Shown: piece by piece, positions 1 through 10,046 of the stretch
How positions within the stretch are numbered: position 1 is the stretch's first letter
Layout of the letters: each line of letters starts with the position of its first letter
NCBI GenBank assembly: GCA_031323845.1
Contig: JAVIYP010000001.1
Location: forward strand, 26,748-90,747
DNA length: 64,000 bases
Origin: Bacteroidales bacterium
GTDB taxonomy: Bacteria; Bacteroidota; Bacteroidia; Bacteroidales; UBA7960
Direction of reading: 5' to 3'
Made by a program: the position numbers and the translations under genes
The notes under the pieces: model-generated
The model's input: the letters and a program-made list of their open reading frames with translations, nothing else
The model's database searches: none
Told to the model about the DNA's origin: nothing

Positions 1-1751
1 GAAGATGCGCTGAGACCGCGGTATTTTCTCTGCATGATGTTGCCGCCAACTGAACCGCGTGCGGTGAATGTGCCCCATTGCTGTCCTGCGGTCAGAAGGA
101 AGTCGTAGTTGCCCTCCATAATTTCAAGGCGTGAGAAGTTGCCTGTCGCCCGGCCTTCTGCTTTGTAATAAGTGTTATGTGCTGTAATTCTTTCTCTTTC
201 ATCATTGTAAAAGTCAATGCCCGCCTTGGTGGAAAGTTCCAGATCAAAGTTGAGGTCGAAGAGTTCTCTAAGATTAAGGTTGAGGCTCACAAAACCCATG
301 ATGCGGTTTCTGAGGTCGCGGTTGGTGTTCCGTTCGACCGCCCAGAACGGATTTTGCAGCAAAGGAGAGGTTGCAAACTGAAGCTGTTCTCCCTCCGGCA
401 GTGAAACAGTCCCGTCGGGATTGACCACGTAGGCCGTGTTCCAGACAACAGGGAGCCCGGTAACGGTTTCGTAGTTCTCAAGCTGATCAAGGCTCACCGA
501 GGGAGGCATCAACGTCATCAGGTAGATTGGGTTGTCGGGCGATCCGGCCAGGTTCGGCCTGTTCGCGGTTTCCTGATGAATATAATTTACCCTGCTGTCC
601 AGGGTGAGAAATTCGGATAGTTTGGAGTCAAAACGAAGGTTGAAGGATTTCCTGTCGATCTCATGACCCGGCAGCATACCCTCGCTTTGGTTCCATGATG
701 CCGAAAACAAAATACCGTTAAGGTCACCTCTTTTGTCAATGGAGATGCTGTGGTCAATATTGTTTGCCGTTCTGAAAAAATCATCGTAAGGATGACTGGT
801 AACGGGACTCAGCAGCTGCGGCTGTCCGAGAAAATTGGTAACAGTGGTATCGCCTTTCATCTTTACCCCCCAGCTTCTGGGATTGAGCCGTCCGAATGAT
901 CCGCTCGACCCCTGGGCGTAATTGGTTTGAAATTCAGGCCTTATCAAAGGGGCTTCTCTCGAAATGATTGCCTGGTAGGTGATGCCGATACCTTCTTTTC
1001 TTGATCCGCTTTTGGTGGTGATCATGATGACGCCATTCTGACCGCGGGCGCCATATAAGGCAGAAGCTGCCCCTCCCTTCAGCACTGAAATGGATTCGAT
1101 ATCGTCAAGATTGATGTTGTTGATGGCATTGCCATAATCAAATCCCCCGAAAAGGCCACCGCTGGACCCCCCTGAATTATCTATGGGTACACCGTCAACC
1201 ACAAAAAGCGGGTCGTTGGTGTTGGTCAGCGAATTCGCACCCCTGATAAGAATCTTCGATGATCCTCCGGCTCCACTTCCGGACGCTCCGATCTGCAAAC
1301 CCGCAACCTGCCCCATCAATCCCGACAAAGGGTTGATCCTGCTTGTGTTTGATAAAGCCTCTCCATCAACCTGCTGCACGGAATAACCCAATGCTTTGGC
1401 CTCCCTCTTGATCCCAAGGGCTGTAATTACAAACTCCTGCAACTGCTCCATCGCCAGGGGAAGCACCACCTCGACGTAATCCTTGCCGGCAAAATCAACG
1501 CGCATGGTTTCATATCCAATAAAGGATACTACCACTACCGTCTGCCCCTCGGGCAACTCCAGTGAGAATTTTCCGTCAATATCCGTAGTAACTCCAATGG
1601 AGGTGTGCTCCACCATTACAGTGGCACCTGGAAGGGTAAAGCCTTCGGCATCCTTTACAACCCCGGTAACGGTCTTCTGCGAAAAAGCCGAAATGGTGCA
1701 GCATAACAGCAGGAAAGCAAGGGCTGGTAACTGGATTTTCATGTTATTCAT
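1..1751 (-). CDS. SusC/RagA-family TonB-dependent outer membrane receptor (partial; C-terminus lies beyond the left window edge)
   Basis: The minus-strand frame stays open to position 1, so no stop is reached and the ORF is absent from the track. My translation from ATG 1751 (alternative ATG 1742) reads MNNMKIQLPALAFLLLCCTISAFSQKTVTGVVKDAEGFTLPGATVMVEHTSIGVTTDIDGKFSL, i.e. a signal peptide plus a carboxypeptidase-regulatory-like domain. Further in it reads DDIESISVLKGGAASALYGARGQNGVIMITTKSG, a TonB-dependent receptor plug motif. Confidence 0.9.
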   Translation of the reverse strand, partial: MNNMKIQLPALAFLLLCCTISAFSQKTVTGVVKDAEGFTLPGATVMVEHTSIGVTTDIDGKFSLELPEGQTVVVVSFIGYETMRVDFAGKDYVEVVLPLAMEQLQEFVITALGIKREAKALGYSVQQVDGEALSNTSRINPLSGLMGQVAGLQIGASGSGAGGSSKILIRGANSLTNTNDPLFVVDGVPIDNSGGSSGGLFGGFDYGNAINNINLDDIESISVLKGGAASALYGARGQNGVIMITTKSGSRKEGIGITYQAIISREAPLIRPEFQTNYAQGSSGSFGRLNPRSWGVKMKGDTTVTNFLGQPQLLSPVTSHPYDDFFRTANNIDHSISIDKRGDLNGILFSASWNQSEGMLPGHEIDRKSFNLRFDSKLSEFLTLDSRVNYIHQETANRPNLAGSPDNPIYLMTLMPPSVSLDQLENYETVTGLPVVWNTAYVVNPDGTVSLPEGEQLQFATSPLLQNPFWAVERNTNRDLRNRIMGFVSLNLNLRELFDLNFDLELSTKAGIDFYNDERERITAHNTYYKAEGRATGNFSRLEIMEGNYDFLLTAGQQWGTFTARGSVGGNIMQRKYRGLSAS

Positions 1752-1792
1752 AGTGTCCTGAATTATATATTGGTCATGTTTTGTTTGAAGTA

Positions 1793-3040
1793 TCAGTTCC
1801 TGATCAGTTTGTAATGTTCAAAAACCAAAGCACCCGCTCCTTTTAATCCGCCGAGGTCGCCCAGTTCCGAAAACTCAATCTGGCAGTGGTTCAGCGGATT
1901 TACCAGGGCTGTATTCGTAATCCCTGTTTTTACAGGGCCAAACAGTATGCTTTTCAGCTTGGAGAACTTGCCGCCAATAATGATCAAGTCCGGATTTAAC
2001 AGGCTTACAATATTGCCGAGGGCATTACCCAGTTTTACCCCCATTTCCTGGATGAGCCTGATCGAAAGATCATCGCCAACGAGAGCGGCCTGCATGATTT
2101 CGTCGTAGCGTACCATTGACTCTGTTGCGGATTTGGAGAGCATGCTTTTTTCCCCCTCGGATATTTTTTCCAAAAAGTTTTGTTCCAGGGCATAACCGCC
2201 AACATCATTACCCAGGCATTTACTCTTGCCGCAGATACACATTTTTTCTTTTGTTCCAAACTGCATGTGTCCCAATTCACCGGCAAAGCCCTTCCCTCCG
2301 TTTACAATTTTGTTTTCAATGATCAAACTGGTGCCCAGACCCCGGCTCAGGTTGATGACAATAGCATGGTTTACATCCCTGGCTTTGCCAATTATTTTTT
2401 CCGCCTGGCCGAAACAACGGGTGTCGTTATTGAGAAAAACGGGCATGTCATACTTTTCAGACATGTAGGTGCCCAAGGGCTGGTCCATGAAATTGAAATA
2501 GGTCAGTGACTCTCCTGTTGCACTTATTACACTTCCAGTAATTCCTATCCCCATGCCCAGGATGGAATCTTTGAGTATGCCTGAGTTTTCAATACACGTA
2601 TTGATGAAGGCTTCAATGCTTTTAAGGCATTCAACAGTGTTATTTAATTCAAAGTCAGTCTTCTGCCTGTAGTACAGTATGTTGAGCCTGGAGTCAATGA
2701 TGGCAACTGAAATCCTTTTTAACAAGATTTCAATACTGATGGCATGAAAATTTACATTCCGCAGTCCGTAAATAAAGGGTCGCCTCCCGTTCTGCGTTTC
2801 CTTTTTGCCGATAATGCTCAAAAAACCGTCCTCACGAAGTTGATTCACCAGTTTTATCCCTGTTGGCGGACTTATTTGAAGTTCGTCACAAATCTCAGGA
2901 ACGGTAATGCCATAACCGTTCTGAGAAATTGCCTGAATGATGCGCAGTTTCTGCTGCATTAAACGGCTCTCGTTGGTGTTTTTTGTCAGATCACTATTAA
3001 ATAATGCCTTCATTATAAGGAAATTACGTTCATACTGCAT
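1793..3040 (-). CDS. ROK-family transcriptional regulator (NagC/XylR-like)
   Basis: 415-aa ORF with an N-terminal wHTH-like segment (ITVPEICDELQISPPTGIKLVNQLREDGFL). The ROK fold carries the His/Cys zinc motif GFAGELGHMQ...CICGKSKCLG. An alternative start is ATG 3013 (MKALFN). It lies about 40-50 nt upstream of the SusC-like gene on the same strand. Confidence 0.85.
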   Translation of the reverse strand: MQYERNFLIMKALFNSDLTKNTNESRLMQQKLRIIQAISQNGYGITVPEICDELQISPPTGIKLVNQLREDGFLSIIGKKETQNGRRPFIYGLRNVNFHAISIEILLKRISVAIIDSRLNILYYRQKTDFELNNTVECLKSIEAFINTCIENSGILKDSILGMGIGITGSVISATGESLTYFNFMDQPLGTYMSEKYDMPVFLNNDTRCFGQAEKIIGKARDVNHAIVINLSRGLGTSLIIENKIVNGGKGFAGELGHMQFGTKEKMCICGKSKCLGNDVGGYALEQNFLEKISEGEKSMLSKSATESMVRYDEIMQAALVGDDLSIRLIQEMGVKLGNALGNIVSLLNPDLIIIGGKFSKLKSILFGPVKTGITNTALVNPLNHCQIEFSELGDLGGLKGAGALVFEHYKLIRN

Positions 3041-3240
3041 CAGTTTTGCCTGTGAACAGCAAGGTCGACAATGTTTTCAGACTACAAGTTTATTAAAAAA
3101 TTAAGATAACTACAACAGAATTTTAATTTTTTTAAAAATATAAGTTTTTGTATGATTGGAATCTAATATTAAGATGATGGAATTGTTAGTTTTTATTTAT
3201 TTTGTAGCCGGCTTATTTGTTTTGTTTCGATGAATATGAC

Positions 3241-3248
3241 TAAATTTG
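3241..3248 (+). promoter_or_regulatory. Bacteroidota-type -7 promoter box (TAnnTTTG)
   Basis: TAAATTTG lies 22 nt upstream of the ATG at 3271 and matches the TAnnTTTG consensus described for Bacteroidetes sigma-A promoters. Confidence 0.4.
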
Positions 3249-3270
3249 TTCACCCAATGAATATACAGAT

Positions 3271-4410
3271 ATGATTCCTATCAAAGAACCAAGCCATAAA
3301 CGTGTGTTTTCACTGATACGCGCCCAGCGAAAAGCCTCAGGTGCTATGCTGGCTAAGCAAACTATGATGCAGCCATCGTCCCTGGTGTATATCCTTAACA
3401 GTTTAAAAGACAAGGGATTGATATGTGTGAGTGGTCATGGCGATTCCACTGCCCGCGGAGGTAAGCGGCCGGTACTTTGGGAGGTAAATAGTAATTATGG
3501 CAACATATTGGGTTTGGAAGTTATGCGCCATGGTATAAGGGCGGTGCTCGTAAACCTGGCCGGAGAAATTATTCTGAAAGCAGAAAAGGATTTCACTCCT
3601 GACAAACCCGAAAAAATCGTTGCGCGGATTGTGCAGATCATTGATGAAATGATAGGTGAGTCGGGCATTTCACGAAACAAACTGTTGTACATCTCCCTGG
3701 CGGTACCTGGCATTGTTGACCCCTACAGCCAGAAGATCGTTTATTCGTATGGCCTCAAACTTAAAAACTTCGATTTAAAGACGCGCATAACGGAAGCTTT
3801 TGACATACCTGCGGGTATCATCAATGACGCCAATGCGGGTGTCATTGGTGATCAGTGGTTTACCTCCGGAAGCCTGGCAAACAGCAACAGCTTGTATATT
3901 GCCTACAATCCCCTGGCCGGAGGAATTGGCCTGGGCATCATCATCAATAAAAAGCTTTATACGGGTTCAAATGGCCTGGCAGGCGAATTCTCACTCAGAA
4001 TTACTGCGCTAAAGGATATTATTGAGGAAAAACTAAAGACAGCGGATCCCGCCAGAACAAGCATCCCAAATCCTGACAAGCCCGGGAGCATACAACTTAG
4101 CGACCTTTATACCTATGCCAACAACCAATGTGAGCTAAGCAAGGCCGTGCTGACACAGGTTTGCCAATTGCTGGCCAAAGAGATCAGCAAACTGATCGGC
4201 TTGTTTGATCCTGATAAGATAAGCATCGGTGGTGATCTGAGCATTTGTGAGCAGATGTGCTGCAGCGAAATCCATAAGCATCTCAAAACGATATTGCAAA
4301 ACGATTATCCTTTTGAAATGACCATGCCGAAGATTGATTATGTGCGATCCAAAGTTTTTGCCGTAGCCATTGGAGCAACAGCGTTGTATCTGACCAATCT
4401 CAGCAATTAG
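3271..4410 (+). CDS. ROK-family protein, probable regulator, lacking the canonical zinc-binding Cys motif
   Basis: 379-aa ORF with an N-terminal wHTH-like region and the ROK signatures INDANAGVIGD and GGIGLGIIINKKLYTGSNGLAGEF. The segment where ROK proteins carry GH...CxCGxxGC reads GEFSLRITALKDIIEEKLK, with no His or Cys. Confidence 0.8.
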   Translation: MIPIKEPSHKRVFSLIRAQRKASGAMLAKQTMMQPSSLVYILNSLKDKGLICVSGHGDSTARGGKRPVLWEVNSNYGNILGLEVMRHGIRAVLVNLAGEIILKAEKDFTPDKPEKIVARIVQIIDEMIGESGISRNKLLYISLAVPGIVDPYSQKIVYSYGLKLKNFDLKTRITEAFDIPAGIINDANAGVIGDQWFTSGSLANSNSLYIAYNPLAGGIGLGIIINKKLYTGSNGLAGEFSLRITALKDIIEEKLKTADPARTSIPNPDKPGSIQLSDLYTYANNQCELSKAVLTQVCQLLAKEISKLIGLFDPDKISIGGDLSICEQMCCSEIHKHLKTILQNDYPFEMTMPKIDYVRSKVFAVAIGATALYLTNLSN

Positions 4411-4427
4411 CATCCATAGTTTGTCCG

Positions 4428-5576
4428 ATGGCCGGTATTTACATCCATATTCCCTATTGTCGTCAGGCTTGTCATTATTGCAATTTCCACTTTTCCGTTT
4501 CCCGTAAAACCCGGCACGTTTTTCTTAAGGCGCTACTCAGGGAAATTGAGCTTCGGAAGGATTTTTTTGATGTTTCAGGTAAGAATAAGAAGGCCAGCAG
4601 TGTGAAAACGGTGTATTTTGGAGGGGGCACCCCTTCCATACTGCCACCGGAAACGCTGGTTCAGGTCGTCCGTAAACTGGAAGAGTTCTTTATGCTTGAC
4701 AGTGTGGAGGAATTCACGCTTGAAGCTAATCCCGATGATCTTAGTCCCGGATACCTGGAGTCGCTGAGTCAAACGCCCGTTGACCGTCTGAGCATCGGCA
4801 TTCAGTCGTTTCATAAAGCAGACCTCAACTATATGAACAGGGGACACAGTCCGGCGCAGGCCATGGAAAGCATTGAGAACGCTCAAAAAGCCGGCTTTGA
4901 GAACCTGAGTGTGGATCTGATCTATGGCACACCAACGCTGAACGATGGCACATGGGTCGATAACCTGAACCGGGTAATTGCCGCGGGGGTGCCTCATGTT
5001 TCAGCGTATGCACTGACTGTGGAACCCAAAACCCCGCTGGAATTCTTTATTCGCAAAGGAAGGGTGCAGCAAGTTGATGAAGAGCAGCTTGCAGGGCAGT
5101 TCAGGCTTTTACAGCACCTGATGCGTGAGCGTGGTTACCTGCATTATGAAGTGTCGAATTTTGCTTTGCCCGGCCACCTTTCGCGGCACAACCTGGCTTA
5201 CTGGCAGGGTATTCCATATCTCGGACTCGGACCGTCGGCTCATAGTTACGGAAAAGATCAGCGCTCCTGGAACGTCGCCAACACCTCAGCATACATTGCT
5301 TCCATCAACAATAATGTGCTCCCTCAAAGCATTGAAGCACTTACCCCTGAACAGAAACTAAATGAGTACCTTATGACTTCCCTGCGCACCATGTGGGGCT
5401 GCGATCTGGATTTTGTATTAACGGAGTGGGGCGGGCAGCGGGCCGAAATTATTCTCAAACAAGCCGAAAAATTTATCAGCCGGGGCTTGATGCATCAGCG
5501 TGAGTCGGTACTTTTCCTTACGGATGAAGGAAAGCTTTTTGCCGACGGTATAGCTGCGGATTTGTTCGTTGAGTGA
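4428..5576 (+). CDS. hemW: Radical-SAM haem chaperone HemW (HemN-like, oxygen-independent coproporphyrinogen oxidase family)
   Basis: 382 aa. N-terminus is IHIPYCRQACHYCNFHF (CxxxCxxC). The length and overall pattern are typical of HemW/YggW. Confidence 0.9.
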   Translation: MAGIYIHIPYCRQACHYCNFHFSVSRKTRHVFLKALLREIELRKDFFDVSGKNKKASSVKTVYFGGGTPSILPPETLVQVVRKLEEFFMLDSVEEFTLEANPDDLSPGYLESLSQTPVDRLSIGIQSFHKADLNYMNRGHSPAQAMESIENAQKAGFENLSVDLIYGTPTLNDGTWVDNLNRVIAAGVPHVSAYALTVEPKTPLEFFIRKGRVQQVDEEQLAGQFRLLQHLMRERGYLHYEVSNFALPGHLSRHNLAYWQGIPYLGLGPSAHSYGKDQRSWNVANTSAYIASINNNVLPQSIEALTPEQKLNEYLMTSLRTMWGCDLDFVLTEWGGQRAEIILKQAEKFISRGLMHQRESVLFLTDEGKLFADGIAADLFVE

Positions 5577-5616
5577 TTGATAATTCCCTGTTTTGCTTCT
5601 CATTATAATGGATGGT

Positions 5617-6522
5617 TCACTTCCCGGCTCTCGGATGATAGGTGAGCAGATTGTCACGCAGGTATTCATTGCTCAGGTGGGTGTAAATTTCCGTAGTGGT
5701 GATGGACTCATGGCCCAGCATGTCCTGAACTGCACGCAGATCAGCGCCTCCCTCCACCAGGTGTGTGGCGAAACTGTGGCGCAGGGTGTGCGGACTGACC
5801 CTTTTTTTAATGCCGGCAGCCTCGCACAGGTTTTTGATGATAATAAAAACCATTACCCGGCTCAGATTTTTCCCGCGGCGGTTCAGAAAAAGGTGGTCTT
5901 CATATCCTCGCTGTATGACAATACGGTTTCTGGCTGAATGAACATACAGTTCAATGTGTTTCAGTGCAATTTTCCCTGCGGGCACTATCCGCTGCTTGTT
6001 ACCTTTACCCGTCACGCTCAGGAATTCCTGCCGGAAGTGCACATCCGATACTTTCAGGTTAATCAGTTCAGACACCCTTAGTCCACAACCGTAGAGGGTT
6101 TCGATAATGGCACGGTTGCGTGGTCCTTCCGGAAGGCTCATATCCAGGACACTGATCATCTTATCGATCTCTGCCACAGACAACACCTCCGGCAGCTTGC
6201 GCCCTGTACGCGGCGTTTCCAGACCGGCAGCCGGATTGGTGACTATCGCATCCTCAATCAGCAAATACTTATAAAAGGCCTTGATGCCGGAAACGATCCT
6301 CGCCTGCGTCCGTTCGCCCACACCAAGCTGATGTACCTGGTGAATGAAGGATAAAAGCTCCTGGTAACCAAGCTTTTCAGGGGGCATCCTCCTGCCTTCT
6401 TCCGAAAAATAAGCAGCAAGCTTGTCAACATCTGACAAGTATGCAGCGATGGAATGCACAGACATTGATCGCTCCAGCTTTAAATGGGCCTCAAAGCCCT
6501 TTCTCCATGCCGCCCAGCTCAT
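5617..6522 (-). CDS. xerD: Tyrosine site-specific recombinase XerD
   Basis: 301 aa with the C-terminal catalytic region HTLRHSFATHLVEGGADLRAVQDMLGHESITTTEIYTH. The N-terminal SAM-like domain is typical of XerC/XerD. Confidence 0.9.
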   Translation of the reverse strand: MSWAAWRKGFEAHLKLERSMSVHSIAAYLSDVDKLAAYFSEEGRRMPPEKLGYQELLSFIHQVHQLGVGERTQARIVSGIKAFYKYLLIEDAIVTNPAAGLETPRTGRKLPEVLSVAEIDKMISVLDMSLPEGPRNRAIIETLYGCGLRVSELINLKVSDVHFRQEFLSVTGKGNKQRIVPAGKIALKHIELYVHSARNRIVIQRGYEDHLFLNRRGKNLSRVMVFIIIKNLCEAAGIKKRVSPHTLRHSFATHLVEGGADLRAVQDMLGHESITTTEIYTHLSNEYLRDNLLTYHPRAGK

Positions 6523-6640
6523 AAGGAAGGTGTTAAAAAAGTTATTTTTGTCGATTTAAAGTTAGAAAAAAGATTTTATGGAGTGAAGATTTTGTTTATT
6601 TTCGGGTTTTTGATGAAGTGGTGCATTAATTGCTGTCGTA

Positions 6641-7219
6641 ATGGATAAACCTAACAATTTGCGGATCATCTGGATGCTATTAGTAAAGCCTGTCACATTT
6701 TTCAGAAGCCTGAAAGAGAATCCCACCGACATCAGACCATTTCTGGTTGCTTATGGCATGCCGCTGATCATCCTGGCAGCCGCCGGACGTATGACACGTA
6801 TCATGCTTTTGTACGGGGCCGGCGAAGAAACCCTCCGCGGCGATCAGCTTGCTGGGATTTTCCTTATCGGGCTGGTTGCCTATGCGCTGTCAGTATGGCT
6901 GGGAGCCTACGGTATTGCACGAATTGCTCCCGCCTTCAGGAGCGATGCCGGTCACGACAAAACCATGTTGATGGTCATGCTTGCTTATACCCCTTATCTG
7001 CTGGCTCAGCCACTTTCACTCATATATCCTTACATGCCATTTTTCCAGGTTGCAGCTATGATATATACGGTATATCTGTTCAGTAAGGGAGCCCGCGAAT
7101 TGCTGAATGTGGCAACCGGTAAACTGCTCGGGTTTACCCTGATCAGTTACTTTTTGATTTTTGGCATTTCACATCTGGCAACGCTGATGCTGACAGAATT
7201 GTTTATCTTTGCCGGGTAG
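6641..7219 (+). CDS. Yip1-domain-like integral membrane protein
   Basis: 192 aa with about five hydrophobic helices. The N-terminal pattern (IWMLLVKPVTFFRSLKENP) resembles Yip1/YIPF-domain bacterial proteins. The family assignment is tentative. Confidence 0.55.
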   Translation: MDKPNNLRIIWMLLVKPVTFFRSLKENPTDIRPFLVAYGMPLIILAAAGRMTRIMLLYGAGEETLRGDQLAGIFLIGLVAYALSVWLGAYGIARIAPAFRSDAGHDKTMLMVMLAYTPYLLAQPLSLIYPYMPFFQVAAMIYTVYLFSKGARELLNVATGKLLGFTLISYFLIFGISHLATLMLTELFIFAG

Positions 7220-7252
7220 AAACCGGCTGCTTTATGCAGACAGCCGGCTTCA

Positions 7253-8554
7253 GTGTTTAACCGAATTCTTGTTATGCGCATTAAATACAACCTCCTTTTT
7301 TATATCTTGCCTTTGCTGGTGCTGGCTTTGTTTGCACTGGCCCTGGTTTTTTCGGGAAGCGGCAAGCCTTCTGAATGCAATATTTATACATTAGATGAAG
7401 ATGTTTTTGTGTATGAGCCTGTTATTGAGCTTGACGAATTTGGTTTTCCTGTTGACGGATACAGGGTGGAGCAGGGGGTGGTAGGGCCGCGTCAGACCTT
7501 GTCTCATATTCTTACCGGGCTTCATTTTAACCCGCGTGAGATTAACCTGATTGCGCGGAGTATGCAGGAGGTTTTCAATCCAAGAGGCATCAGGAGGGGC
7601 AATAACTATTATACTTATTTTGCCGGTGACAGCACCGACATGTTGCAGTATTTCGTTTACGAGATCAATGATCTCGATTATGTATTGCTTGATTTTCGTG
7701 ATTCACTGGTGGTTTCGCCGGGAAGGAAAGAGGTGGTGTCGCATGACAGGAAGGCGGCCGGTGTCATTCGTTCATCTTTATGGAATACGATGATGGAGCA
7801 GGGCCTGCGCCCGGATCTTGTTAACCACATGGCGGGCATCATGGCGTGGTCTGTCGATTTTTACCGTATTGAAGCGGGTGACCGTTTCAGGGTGCTGTAT
7901 ACCGAGGATTTTGTAGGAGACCGTTCCGTGGGCGTCTCCCGTATTGACGCCGTTCACTTTGTTCATCGCGGTCGTGAAGTGGAAGCTTATCGCTTTCATT
8001 CGGATACGATCAGTGGTTATTATGATGGTGAGGGCAACAATGTAAGGAAGACATTTTTACGGGCTCCGCTGGAGTTCGGAAGGATCTCATCGCGCTTTTC
8101 ACACAGCCGTCGTCATCCCATACACGGCGACCGCCGTCCGCATTACGGTACCGATTATGCTGCGCCTCACGGCACACCCATATTGGCGGTGGGCGACGGA
8201 GTGGTGACGCAGGCCAGTTACACCAGGGGCAATGGCAACTTTGTGCGCATCAGGCACAATGCCGTTTACGAAACCCAGTACCTGCATATGTCGCGCTTTG
8301 CCTCAGGCATCAGGCCCGGCACACGGGTAACGCAGGGACAGGTTATCGGATACGTTGGGAGTACGGGTACTGCCACCGGGCCGCATGTGTGCTTCCGGTT
8401 CTGGAAGAATGGCCGCCAGGTAGATCATCTCAGGCTGGAATTTCCCAGCGGCGATCCCCTGCCGGAAGCCTATATGGATGAATTTTTGAAGGTCAGAGAC
8501 AGTAAAAGAGCCCTGCTCAACAGCATCCCGCTCGACGACACTGCAGCATTATAA
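7253..8554 (+). CDS. M23-family metallopeptidase (LytM/peptidoglycan endopeptidase-like)
   Basis: 433 aa with an N-terminal membrane anchor. M23 motifs are HYGTDYAAPHGTPILAVGDG and YLHMS...GYVGSTGTATGPHVCF. Confidence 0.85.
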   Translation: MFNRILVMRIKYNLLFYILPLLVLALFALALVFSGSGKPSECNIYTLDEDVFVYEPVIELDEFGFPVDGYRVEQGVVGPRQTLSHILTGLHFNPREINLIARSMQEVFNPRGIRRGNNYYTYFAGDSTDMLQYFVYEINDLDYVLLDFRDSLVVSPGRKEVVSHDRKAAGVIRSSLWNTMMEQGLRPDLVNHMAGIMAWSVDFYRIEAGDRFRVLYTEDFVGDRSVGVSRIDAVHFVHRGREVEAYRFHSDTISGYYDGEGNNVRKTFLRAPLEFGRISSRFSHSRRHPIHGDRRPHYGTDYAAPHGTPILAVGDGVVTQASYTRGNGNFVRIRHNAVYETQYLHMSRFASGIRPGTRVTQGQVIGYVGSTGTATGPHVCFRFWKNGRQVDHLRLEFPSGDPLPEAYMDEFLKVRDSKRALLNSIPLDDTAAL

Positions 8555-8558
8555 AAAC

Positions 8559-9386
8559 TTACCGGACCGCTTTTCGAATCGCCAGAAGCCTGGTCAGCAA
8601 ATCTTCCAGCTTATCGAGCCTGAGCATGTTGGCACCGTCTGACCTGGCCTTTTCCGGTTCAGGATGGGTTTCTATAAATATTCCGTCAACACCGGCAGCT
8701 ATACCGGCCCTGGCTATGGTTTCGATCAAATGCGGCAACCCGCCGCTTACTCCCGCCGCCTGGTTGGGCTGCTGCAGCGAATGTGTTACATCGAGCACCA
8801 CAGGAACACCAAAAGCCTGCATTACGGGAATGCCCCGATAGTCAACAACAAGATCTCCGTAACCAAAAGTACTGCCGCGCTCCGTCAGCATAACATGCTG
8901 GCAACCACCGGAAACGACCTTTTCAACCGCAAATTGCATCGCCTGGGGCGACAAAAACTGACCCTTTTTAATGTTTACCGCCCTCCCGGTTTTTGCTGCA
9001 GCAAGCAAGAGCTCGGTTTGCCTGCACAAAAAAGCCGGAATCTGAAGCACATCGGCACTTTTTGCAGCAAACTCCGCTTCTTCAACCGAATGGATGTCGG
9101 TTAACACCGGAAGATTGTACCGCTTGCCTATCCTTCCGAGAAGGTCTATGGCCAGCTCATCACCAATACCGCTGAAACTGTCGAGCCTGCTTCGGTTCGC
9201 CTTTTTGTACGATGCCTTGAAAATATAAGGAATGCCCAGTCTGGAAGTAATGCCGGCAATCTCACCGGCAATGTCAAAGCCCATCTGTTCGTCTTCCAGG
9301 ACGCAAGGCCCTGCTATAAGAAAAAATGGCCTTGACCCACTGTCACCTTCCGAAAAAATTTGTTTGATCGTCGAATGCATCAGCAC
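8559..9386 (-). CDS. kdsA: 3-deoxy-8-phosphooctulonate (KDO-8-P) synthase
   Basis: 275 aa. Contains FLIAGPCVLEDEQM, LTDIH and DVTHSLQQP, the typical KdsA pattern and length. Confidence 0.9.
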   Translation of the reverse strand: MLMHSTIKQIFSEGDSGSRPFFLIAGPCVLEDEQMGFDIAGEIAGITSRLGIPYIFKASYKKANRSRLDSFSGIGDELAIDLLGRIGKRYNLPVLTDIHSVEEAEFAAKSADVLQIPAFLCRQTELLLAAAKTGRAVNIKKGQFLSPQAMQFAVEKVVSGGCQHVMLTERGSTFGYGDLVVDYRGIPVMQAFGVPVVLDVTHSLQQPNQAAGVSGGLPHLIETIARAGIAAGVDGIFIETHPEPEKARSDGANMLRLDKLEDLLTRLLAIRKAVR

Positions 9387-9398
9387 AAGCTTAATGGT

Positions 9399-10046
9399 TT
9401 ATAAAATATGATCTGTTTCACCTTTGCCTTGCCTGACAACAATCATTTCATCACCGGTGCAGTCAATTACCGTCGAAGCCTGGTTGTCTCCATAGCCTCC
9501 GTCGATAACCATGTCAACCAGAGCTTCATATTTTTCGTGAATAAGCTCAGGATCAGAAGTGTATTCAATGATCTCGTCGTCGTCGTAAACCGATGTCGAT
9601 ATGATAGGATTGCCGAGCTCCTTAACCACGTCCCTGATTATGTTGTTGTCAGGAATGCGGATACCAACGGTTTTTTTCCGGCTTTGAAATAGTTTTGGAA
9701 CGTTGTTGTTCGCATTCAGGATAAAGGTGTAAGGACCGGGCAACGCCTTTTTCATCGCCTTGTACACGACAGTGCTGAAGGGTTTGGTCAGTTCGGAAAT
9801 GTAACTCAGGTCATTACAGATCAGCGAAAAATTAGCCTGTTCAGGTTTAATGCCTTTGATCTGCGCAACTTTTTGCACGGCTTTTATCTGATACAAATCA
9901 CAACCTATGGCGTATACCGTGTCAGTAGGATAAATGATAACACCGCCCTGTCGCAAACAATCGGCAACCAACCGGATAAGCCGTTGGCTTGGATTTTCCG
10001 GATAAATTTTTAGTAACATTGATGTTCTGGAATTCGTGTGATGCAA
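9399..10046 (-). CDS. tsaC: L-threonylcarbamoyladenylate synthase (Sua5/YrdC/TsaC family)
   Basis: 215 aa. Contains IIYPTDTVYAIGCD and GIRIPDN, YrdC-domain signatures. An alternative start is ATG 10019 (MLLKIYPENP). Confidence 0.85.
   Translation of the reverse strand: MHHTNSRTSMLLKIYPENPSQRLIRLVADCLRQGGVIIYPTDTVYAIGCDLYQIKAVQKVAQIKGIKPEQANFSLICNDLSYISELTKPFSTVVYKAMKKALPGPYTFILNANNNVPKLFQSRKKTVGIRIPDNNIIRDVVKELGNPIISTSVYDDDEIIEYTSDPELIHEKYEALVDMVIDGGYGDNQASTVIDCTGDEMIVVRQGKGETDHIL

Noticed and set aside
5617-6522. Tyrosine recombinase as a marker of an integrated mobile element
   Set aside because: Its sequence and size fit housekeeping XerD. There are no flanking tRNA, direct repeats, or transposase, phage or conjugation genes, and the neighbours are core genes.
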